Shown one piece after another: positions 1 to 8,900 of a stretch of DNA of 35,738 nucleotides. Position 1 is the first letter of the stretch, and each line of letters opens with the position of its first letter. The notes beneath the pieces were generated by a model. That model was not told the origin of the DNA. It saw only the letters and a program-made list of their open reading frames with translations, and did not search any database. The position numbers and the translations under genes are program-made. The DNA comes from Thelocarpon superellum. Its lineage: Eukaryota. Location: contig JAPEUG010000152.1 of the NCBI GenBank assembly GCA_026025795.1, positions 1 through 35,738 on the forward strand, given 5' to 3'.

Positions 1-159
1 CGTGCCGTGCCACGGAGATTTCTCCCTCTGCGCAAGAATGACGTTGATTGGTGACTCAGGCACTCGACCGAGCCGGGTCCGCGCGTTCTGCTCGCTCTCG
101 TTGGCGCTCTTGCTCGACTTTCGCCCATGGCCCCACCGCCTCTGCCCCACCGCCCGTCA

Positions 160-216
160 CCTACCGCCCACCGCCCACCGCCCACCGCCCAGCGCCCACC
201 GCTTACTGCCCACCGC
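160..216. repeat. Heptamer tandem repeat (CCCACCG)n, about 8 units with variants
   Basis: cctaccg cccaccg cccaccg cccaccg cccagcg cccaccg cttactg cccaccg read directly; further scattered copies at 131-153 and 225-232. Confidence 0.85.
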
Positions 217-660
217 CTCTCTGTCCACCGCCGTTCGGCCCCGCCCGCGACCAGCGAATGAGGTGGTGAGGACGACTCACCGATGACGACGGCCGCGTCG
301 TGCATTATTCGGCCACGTCGGCCTCCCTGTCGCGCACCAGTCGCAATGCGCCAAGGTGACCTTTGCCCGTCGACAGCAACGCGACGCAAAGGCTTGAGTG
401 CTCGCGACGTGCGAGGGTGACATGCCGTGCAATCACTTTGGCGGCATTCCGTGTCCACCCGCCAAGGTGGCCTGACAGGCGCCGCGTACCCCGCTCTTCA
501 TGTTTCAGGCCCGAAGGCCGAACATGATCCTCACCTGTCTCACTTGACCTCGGCCATGGTACCGACTACGAGAACGGAGGACGGAAGCCCGACACGTCCA
601 GACCGACCCTGGACAGGCATGAATGTCGCTGCCTGAATGCAGCTGCGACGTCTAAAGTGC

Positions 661-752
661 GCACGCAGAACGAGGAATCGAACCTCCGTGGCCCTCGCCC
701 TCGTCGGCGTGTTTGGTCGGTGTTGTGCCCTGACCGGCTGACTCCTGCGGGC
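661..752 (-). other. Degenerate tRNA-like element / Pol III B-box site
   Basis: The minus strand has a perfect B-box GGTTCGATTCC (684-674) within a T-arm GAGG/CCTC. It also has a 7-bp acceptor-like stem CGCAGGA (749-743) / TTCTGCG (670-664) and a D-loop-like AGCCGGTCAG. No clean anticodon arm. Confidence 0.35.
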
Positions 753-1189
753 ATCATCGGTACCGCCCCGAGACCACGTCCTGGTCTGTGCAAGTGGTAG
801 CGTGCCATGGCCCTGCACGGTAGCATGCGCAACCACCGTGTCTCGGACGCCGAGGGCGACCGTGTCACCTGCTTGAATCAAGCAGCGTGTGCGGAATGCA
901 GTCCTTGTACGCCTCGATCGACATGCCATCTGCAACGTCCTAAGATTTCCAGGAGGCTGCCAGAATCCTTCCTCCCAGGCGGCGGACGCATGGGCGGCGT
1001 GGCCAACCGAAGATCCTGCGGGGTAATGCTGCAGGGCATTTGGCAGCTGGTCGAGTGCGCCGCTGCCGAGCCCTCACACTTCAGAGCGCCAACACTTTTG
1101 TCATCTGCCGAGTCAGCAAGAAAAGTGCACGGAGCGCCGGGCAAAGGCCGTGCTAAAACCTCCACCAGGTTGCAGGCAAGTGCCGTCGC

Positions 1190-1262
1190 TATGCAGCAGG
1201 TATGCAGCAGGTATGCAGCAGGTATGCAGCAGGTATGCAACAGATATGCAGCAGAGATGCAG
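1190..1262. repeat. 11-bp minisatellite (TATGCAGCAGG), 4 perfect plus about 2.5 degenerate copies
   Basis: Units start at 1190, 1201, 1212 and 1223 (perfect), then 1234, 1245 and 1256 (degenerate). Confidence 0.95.
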
Positions 1263-1775
1263 TGTAACACGCGTGACAACCATGCACGACATACCCTCTC
1301 CCCAGACCGCGAATTGTGGCTGGCGGCCTCCGCTTGCAGCGTGGCCCACCCTTCCCATTGGCACCCGGCTGGACTCTAGATGGATCTCTTTGTCCACATC
1401 TCCGTTCTTCCCTCATTCCTTCCCCGACTTGGTCAGGGATGGATGTGCACAACTGAAGGCATATTTTGCTATGAGGGCCCCAGCCGTCATCCTCATTTTG
1501 GGCTTGGCAGCGGGGAAGACCGACCGGGTTGGGCAATGCCAGTGTTAGTGGTCCGGAGATCGGGCTAGGGTGACGCGCCGCTGCGCGACATTTCCTGCTG
1601 GTACGGCCGCGTCCGACCTCATCACCCACCTTGCTACAGCCAGTGTACCTCCTCGTCGGGGTACACGTACTAGTACCCAAAGGTCCTCCCAGCCTAACCG
1701 AACGACTTGTCTTGAACTGCACTCCCCACGCAGGTACTGTCTGCGCTTCGGGACGGTATCTGTCAGGCGTGCCTG

Positions 1776-3293
1776 ATGAATTGGACCGGTGGTCCATTGT
1801 CTCGCTCTCGGGGCAGGAATCGGAGCTCCTTGAGTGACGCCCAGCGACAGCACTTTGCCAAGCGGCGCGTAACGTCCCTCGTTCCCACGCGCTCGCAGGG
1901 CTCGCAATGTACCTCGCAAGATTTCCGTTTGCGGCCTCCACGACGTCGCGCACGTACTCGTGGTGCCGCTCGAGCAGGGTGGGGCGCTAGCAACGCCCGC
2001 GATAGTGCGAGTCGGATCGAGCAGATGGATGAGGCAGCATGCCATGAATCGGCCGATGACACGACTAATTCGAACCGACGCCGGCTGGCGGCACAAAGCT
2101 TCTTCCCAGCTCTCTTGCCAACAGCGTCATCCCTGGAGTCTCTGGCAAAACCTGCACTTTCTCCGCACGTATCGAGGCGCTCGTCGGAAAGACGGCCCCG
2201 CGGAACGGCGGTTCCGGCGGAGGGTCCGCCAGATGCCGTGGGGGCTGATGAGCGGCGCCGTCGACTTCTTGCTACCGACGATTGGGTGGGCCTCGCGATA
2301 ACGCATCCGCCTCTGATCCACTTTCCTCTTAGAAACCTTCACAACTTGGGCAAGCGGCGGAAAAGCGCCATTCGACGGGCTATAGCCCCGCTTCCGACCC
2401 AAGCTGGGCGCCATCCGCCTATTGCGAGCTGGGGCGCCTCTTGCGTCTCCAAGCGAGAAGGCCAGCGTGATGACTACGCTCACATCTACATCGGAAAAGC
2501 CTCCCATATCTCTGGTGCGAGCCCGGTCTTGCCTACGGCCGACCGGTGCAATGTGAGCCCTCGAGCAGCTCGCGCCCATCTGGACTGGCGATCGGGTGCG
2601 CCGAGTCAGCCTCGCGCGGCGGACGAAGCCGGCCGCCCTGACGGCATTCGTCTTGGTCGTCTCTGGTCGGCCGAGATGTCTCGAGGGACTCGGGGCGTGG
2701 GCTCTAGCGATGGTACGGAGGTTGAGACGGACGATATCTGGAAGGAGGACACCGCCCTTCCCTGGGTCCCATGCAGGTCCCCTTCGATTGACCGGGACAT
2801 ATTCGATGTCTTTGATGACGAGACAGAACTCGTGAATGTCCCTCACAGTGCCCAGATGTCAGCTCCGGGCCTCTCGTCCGTGTCAGAGGCTGTGGCCAGC
2901 TCGGCCATGTCGACCACGGCTTGGTGCGATTCGCTCTCGATCAAGAGCTGGAGCGCGGACACAGACTCACAAGCAGCGGACGGCAACGGCGACGGCGACG
3001 GCGATGGCACTCTCACTCCAACAGCCATGGCTTGCGTAGATCAATGGTGCTCCAACGCCCAGACTGCATCGGTGGAGGGATTGCCAGACATGGACGCGAC
3101 TGCATGGACGAGATTCATCTTTCCACATGGCATGGATCGTCCCCTCGTCGAGGAAGCTCTTCGCGAATTTCCACGAGAGCACGGGCAGACGGACGCGGAA
3201 CGCTCCCGCCACGCAACTCAAGTGTCACTGGGTAGGGGAAGGCTAGGGCCCAGAACGGGTCGATCAGACCAGAACATGTGCTGGGCATATTGA
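1776..3293 (+). CDS. Hypothetical protein, 505 aa, mostly low complexity; N-terminal MNWxGG...QRQHF motif resembling HEIP1/REDIC1
   Basis: Long uninterrupted ORF. It starts MNWTGGPLSRSRGRNRSSLSDAQRQHFAKRR and has a second conserved-looking block RRRRLLATDDWVGL; the rest is S/R/D-rich. A 3' intron near 3232 cannot be excluded. Confidence 0.7.
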   Translation: MNWTGGPLSRSRGRNRSSLSDAQRQHFAKRRVTSLVPTRSQGSQCTSQDFRLRPPRRRARTRGAARAGWGASNARDSASRIEQMDEAACHESADDTTNSNRRRLAAQSFFPALLPTASSLESLAKPALSPHVSRRSSERRPRGTAVPAEGPPDAVGADERRRRLLATDDWVGLAITHPPLIHFPLRNLHNLGKRRKSAIRRAIAPLPTQAGRHPPIASWGASCVSKREGQRDDYAHIYIGKASHISGASPVLPTADRCNVSPRAARAHLDWRSGAPSQPRAADEAGRPDGIRLGRLWSAEMSRGTRGVGSSDGTEVETDDIWKEDTALPWVPCRSPSIDRDIFDVFDDETELVNVPHSAQMSAPGLSSVSEAVASSAMSTTAWCDSLSIKSWSADTDSQAADGNGDGDGDGTLTPTAMACVDQWCSNAQTASVEGLPDMDATAWTRFIFPHGMDRPLVEEALREFPREHGQTDAERSRHATQVSLGRGRLGPRTGRSDQNMCWAY

Positions 3294-3616
3294 ATCAGTC
3301 ACACGCGAGAAGGACGGATTGCACACGGGTGGGACACACGGGTGGGGGCCAACGATAGGCCGGGCGGCAAGGTAGCACAACTCAGAAACGTCAAAAGCAT
3401 TGCTTCTAGGGGCAGATCACAGACAGGTCGGCGCAGATTGGGGGGCCGTTCATCTGCCGCCGGTAACAATCTCCCGTGCTCATGAGACCAGACCAAGTAA
3501 GAAGAGTCTCTCGACTCACGCGAGATGCTGAAAATGTCTTGAAGGCATGCAGCGCCCGCGTCACTGGGTCACTGCCGACGGCTGTGGGTCTCAGCAGCAA
3601 GGGGCGGGACGTTCGA

Positions 3617-4546
3617 CTACTCTCGTCGCACAATGAAGTGCAGACGTCTGGTTGAATTGTCCTTCTGCTCTCCGGGCTCGGTGTAACGGGAGAAGCCTTC
3701 AAGGGGACCCAAGGTAGCCTCGACGTGCCACGAGGTACCCGTCTCAAGCCCAACCTGCTTCCACATCTGCTCGAAAGTGGAGGGGTCATGTCGGAAGATG
3801 GATGTGTTGGGAGCGCTCCGGGACGCAAACAGGCCTGGCTCTACGTTCCCTGCCTGTCGTCCCAGCACCAATGACCCCTTTTGGGACCGGAGCAGCTGCA
3901 CCAGGCGTCGCACGAGCTTGATCTGCCCATCCCAATCAAACAAATGCAGCACGGAGGCGATGTGGATGATGTCGAGCTCCCCCTGAAGGCCCTTTAGGCT
4001 CGACTCGGGATCGAACACGTCGGCCGCGCGAAAGGTGTTGGGAAGCCTGTCACGGTCGCGAAACAGATCAAATCCCACGTCGAAAAAGGCTGGGGCCAGG
4101 TCGGAGCCGTAGAGATGCTCGGCCGGCGCCCCGTCAAAAATTAGCTTGCGGATATCCTGCCCGACGCAGCATCCGATATCCAATAAGCTCTGGCCCGCCT
4201 TCACTCGCTCGAGCACCTCGCCATACGCCGCCGACCAGCTGATGCTCAGGTCGAGGAAGGTGAATCTGCCGATGCATCGATATGGCCAGATCTTCCAGGC
4301 GCGCTCTCGCTGCCCATCGGGGGTTGCGTCAGTTCACCGAACAACGGGCGCGCCGTGGGCTGCTCTCGTCCCACTCACCACTTGCTTGATGTGTGCTTCC
4401 ACCTCATCTGGCGGGATCCCGCTGTACTCCTCCAGCAGGCGACGCATAGGATCCGGTACGTGGGTGAGTTCCTCGGCGAACATGGGTCCCTTGCGGTCCG
4501 TTTGCTCGACCTGACCATTCTCGCTCTTGACGTCGGTGTCTCCCAT
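3617..4546 (-). CDS. Class I SAM-dependent methyltransferase, AusD/Trt5/AdrK-like family (about 286 aa)
   Basis: Exons 4546-4379 and 4309-3617 (GTGAGT..CTGAC..CAG intron). Motifs LLEEYSGIPPDEV, WPYRCIGRFTFLDL, LLDIGCCVGQDIRKLIFDGAP, LYGSDL, SVLHLFDW and FRHDPSTFEQMW. Confidence 0.9.
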
Positions 4547-5093
4547 GATCGTCTGTGGATGTGCTATCCGTGGGCAAAGGATGAGTTGTGGGAATGATAT
4601 CTCAGGAATCCCTATGGAATACCTATGGTGGGGGGAGCTGCCTCTTCTTGTACCATTCGAAGTTACAGCTGTCCTCTGACCGGCTCGGACGGCACGGCTT
4701 CGGCACTGCAAGGCCGTTTCACTGGCTGCTGACGCTGTAAGTCGCAGCTGGTCAGAGACCTTTTTCGCCCCACCTTCAACTCGGCCATGACTATATCGAC
4801 CGCAACCGCGACGGCTTCTTGTAAAGTCTTTCTCTTGCGTACTGTAGTCTAGACGCATTCTTGCACCAGTACGAGTTGAGGTGTGCAAGGTCTTGCGAGC
4901 CAAACACGTCTGTATATTGGATACGAAAACGCCGGTTGGCAATCGCCGCTCGATTGAACGCAACGAAGAGATCAATGGCCCACCATACCTTCCACACAAG
5001 AGCATCAGTCACTAGCAGGGATACAACACGACCCTCGATACCAAGGACTCTCCAATGACTTTACTAAACGACGCCCGCGTCTCGGGGACAGCA

Positions 5094-5595
5094 TCAAGGT
5101 CGGGTGATGGGCAGTCTATCCCTCCCCGGCGCTATGCCCACCCGTTTAAATGAAGCGTCGCATTCCTCCCATGCTCGTCCAGCACCGAAACCGACGCCCA
5201 GCCAGGCCGGCCATGCTCTTCGCTTGAACAAGAGCACGGAGAACACGACGCCGAAGGAGAGACCGAGAGATGATCGGATCAACAGCGATGAGAGGCAGCG
5301 GTCCCACTGAGAGCGAAATGGCGTCAGTCTTGAAGAAGTGATCGTAGGACCGTTGGAAGCAATGAAGAGCTCAAGGCGTTTGCAGCGATATGACGTAACC
5401 AGGGCGATCTGAGAGAAAGGCCGGTGATGGGATGTGCATCTCGCAAGACGAAAGCCCGCCATCGGTCGGGACCCGTGAAATGATCAGAATGAATGAGACA
5501 GCTCGTACCTTTTCGTTGAGTAGAGCTTCGCTCACGGGCTTGCTGACCGGTGAAGGTGTCGGTGTCGGTCGAGCATCATCCGACGTGGTCGACAT
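5094..5595 (-). CDS. MIC10: MICOS complex subunit Mic10 (about 99 aa)
   Basis: Exons 5595-5509 and 5306-5094. The product has SEALLNEKWDRCLSSLLIRSSLGLSFGVVFSVLLFKRRAWPAWLGVGFGAGRAWEEC: two glycine-zipper TM helices around the KRR loop. Confidence 0.95.
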
Positions 5596-5939
5596 GCTGA
5601 GAATGATCAGCTTCTCGCCCGCCAAAAGGGTTTGATGGATGTCGGTATAGCTCACATGATCCGCCCGCAATCAAAGACGGGGGGGATGGTGGCGATTGAG
5701 CGGCGGTGTGCGCCAAGGGCTGAGGTGATGATCGAAGAGGTTGTTGATCGCTGCGGTAATAGCCGGCAGAGTGAACATTGAAAGTTGTGGCTGGAGACGA
5801 AATCCCATCAAGCTCCGACCAATCATGGCGTTCGCCACAAAATTCTTCATCGATTATCCTGCTGATCGATTCAGCGTCAACGCCAACGCCAACGCCGACG
5901 CCTTTGGAACATCGATCATTTACGAGACCATGGTTGCAA
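5596..5939. promoter_or_regulatory. Compact bidirectional promoter/5' UTR region between MIC10 and URB2
   Basis: Divergent start codons at 5595 (-) and 5940 (+), 344 bp apart; CCAAT at 5819-5823; short (AACGCC)n run near 5879-5902. Confidence 0.6.
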
Positions 5940-8900
5940 ATGGTAATGATCATCGAAGTCAACGCAATCTTGCGGTTGGGTTGCTAATGAGCCGACACAG
6001 ATTTCCACACCAGCCCAGCATGTTCAGGCGTTGCTAGACCTTGATCGTAGCAAGCTCACCTTCTCCAAGAAACTCGAGCGAATTTCCAAGATCCTCGGCC
6101 TGCTCGAGAATGAGCACAGCAGCTCAGGTGAAGTGACAGCGCTCGTTGGCAAGGAAGAGTGGGCTCTGAGGTGGCTTCTCAGCAAGCTCAACCAAATCTC
6201 GGGCGAGGGGGTTCGGTAGGGAAGCCACACATTGGGAAAACCCTGGCTGATCTTCGTCCAGAGCTCGTGGAGAAGTCCAAGCCTGGATCTTAGTCCGTCA
6301 GTTGATATTGCGTCTCCCACTCGCCACCGCGGCTCGTCTTCTTCACTCGTCCAAACTTCCCTTACTCCTTGACAAGGCTCTCGACGAAGCTCGAAGCCTG
6401 TCGAAAACATTGTTACCCTCGGGCCAGGGTCAACTGCCCACCACTGACGCACAGAATGACGCGAATGATGCTACCAAAAGAGACCTATCGTACCGGCCGA
6501 AGAAAAGAAAGAGGTCCAGATCACTTGGCCTTGATCCGGAGAACCAGAAGAAGCCTGCTTCTTGGGAAGAGCTTCAGAACCTTGTGGCCGCCTTACTACT
6601 CCTATTGACGAGCCTGGTGCAACGCACGAAGGGCTGGCAGCTACCGAAGCAATCACAGCAGACGGAGTACGCACGGCAGTATTTGAAGTCGGTCTTGAGA
6701 TCCGAGCCTGCCCATGCAGCGGCGACTGTGGGTCGATGGTTGCATGTGTTATCTATCATTCATGGGAATAACGCCATCTCACCGCCGCAGGCCATCTTCA
6801 AGGAACGGCCGGGTCTTGACGCAATCATAGATGTGTGGGAGAACCGGCTACGTCGGGGCGAGGACAAGGACGAGGGCAAGGACGCGGTAGGTCATGTCTA
6901 ATCGCACCTCACCCGGCCCCCCCAACATTCTCATCGTTTCCAGGTCATCTTCGCCACTCATTGCTTATGCCCTGCACTGCTACTGCTCAATGAATGTGAT
7001 ACCGAGTCGAACTTTCAGGTCCGAGAAGACATCATCGTCGCGCCCTTGGAACAGATGCTGGCGCGTCAGATCATCTTGCCAGGTCGCACGTCCTTCTTCG
7101 GCACAGCACACGAGGCGGCAAAGGCAAAGCCGATGGTTCCCTCCACCGAACAAGCCTCGATACTGCATGCCCTACTGACCCCCCTGCGCACGGACCTGGC
7201 CCTGCTCCTGAACGACCTACCCTCAACCTCTGGCAAACGGACTGAGCAGCCAGCCCAAGGCCTGATTGCTCTATTTAAAATAGCGATTCGATGCTCGCCG
7301 TCCAAAGTACGCCGAGAACAAGGAATAGATACACAGTGGCTCGAGGCGTTGCTCCTCGCACTCGCCGAGGTCGCCGAGATCCACGTCGCAGCTCCAGGCT
7401 CGCAAAGGCTCACTCGGGCCGAAGTCGAGTTCCTGATTGCCCTCCTGGATGCCTCCAATGAACGATGCATTCCGCTTCAAACCGCAACGGTTCAACGAAT
7501 TGTGGCCAGGTATGGCGGGCTTTTCGGCGAGGCCGACGAGGTGGAGTGGTCGCTTTGCGAGACTGCTATCCGGCTGAATTCCAACGTCTTTCTCGTGCCA
7601 ATCGAGGTGGATACGATTCTACCTGGTTCGCAGCGTTCCAAGATGACCTTGGCAGAACCACTTTTGAGTGAGATATGCTCGGTCGATGGGGCGTGCGACG
7701 AAGCGACCCGAGAGGGCCATGCCCCTATTCAACAAATGATCTTCCTTCCACTCATGACCGCATTTGCCCACGCTCGAGATCTTCTTGGCTTTCTTCGTCA
7801 ATGGCATCGGGGCTTGGCGCAGCTAGAGCGGCGACGTAGCCAGCTCGCGGACCAACGCTTAAGAAAAGGCAGATCTGTCATCGCTCTCGTGGAGGACGAC
7901 CAGGTCGTTGGTCGATTACGAACGGTCTTGGAAATTTCTGTCACCCCAACTCAGATCGCAGACTTTCTCGAGCAGATGCTGTCACATCTCCGCGTGGGCA
8001 CGGCAGCAAAGGTTCCACCGAGCAACGAGGCCTCTGCGAGCGCCATCGTCGTCGATGCTGTTCTACAATCTATCAGGCGTGACGAGTTTCGGGACGCGGT
8101 TGCAGACACGGTCAAATTCATTTACCGCACCTCGTTGAAGCATCTGATCGCTCGTGCATGGCCAAAGCATCAGCGATGGCGATTGTGGCGCATCCTGGCC
8201 ACTATTATTGAAGGGTGGCCACATCTTTCCTTGGACGAGGACGCTGATGAGTTGAAGACCGTCGCTACCCAAGCACAGGAACTTCTTGCCGGCGTCGTGG
8301 CTGATGTCAAAGGGGGCAAGGACGCAAAGAAGTGCCGAGAAGCATTCTGCGCTTTCCAGTTCGTCTTGAGTAATCTGTCTGCGCTCACGCCGACAAGAGG
8401 TCTGAAAGGACATACTCTGACCACGTTTGGAGACATGCTGGCGAACCTCGAGACATATCTCAACCTTCCCGCCGTGCATCAACAAGATGACAGCACGGCA
8501 AAAAGTCCACAAGATATCTTGGTTGATTCAATCTGGGATGGAAGTGTGGGGCACCTGATGACGGCTGGGTCCCTGGGCGTCGCACTTCTGGCACTACTGT
8601 TCCTGCAATTTCCACGAGTACTTTTGTACGTAGGCCCTTTATCCGTGCAGACCGAATAGTTTGCTGAACTTAGGTGCGGACAGATTTGCGCCGTCGTCGA
8701 CTCGACAAGGTCTCATCCGACTTGCTTTCAGCTTGGCCCGTGCCGCACCATCCCCTCTTAATGGCCACGAATCCAACGTTTTCGGGTGGACGTGGATATG
8801 GCATGGCGTCTTATCAAGCGAGGTCATCGTCAATCACGCGACATTGAGAGGTGGGCGTCGTCCTATATGGCCTGCCGGGGATGTGGTACTGAAACTTCTA

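Noticed and set aside
661..752. Functional tRNA, including tRNA-Sec (GCCCG start, long acceptor stem and 4-bp T-stem)
   Set aside because: No anticodon stem-loop or TCA anticodon, no T8, and no T4+ terminator; kept only as a degenerate element.
1190..1262. CRISPR-like array
   Set aside because: Contiguous 11-bp units with no unique spacers, eukaryotic context and no cas genes.
807..1953. Several 130-250 aa ORFs on both strands
   Set aside because: They derive from GC-rich sequence and the minisatellite, with no recognisable motifs or consistent splice structure.
2127..2846. 239-aa antisense ORF
   Set aside because: Shadow of the 1776-3293 CDS.
4547..5005. N-terminal extension of the methyltransferase in the 4334-5005 ORF
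   Set aside because: Starts at a non-ATG codon and looks non-coding; family similarity begins after the ATG at 4546.
5307..5508. Intronic snoRNA or stwintron in MIC10
   Set aside because: No C-box RTGATGA, no terminal ACA hairpin pair and no nested donor within the 5' splice site.
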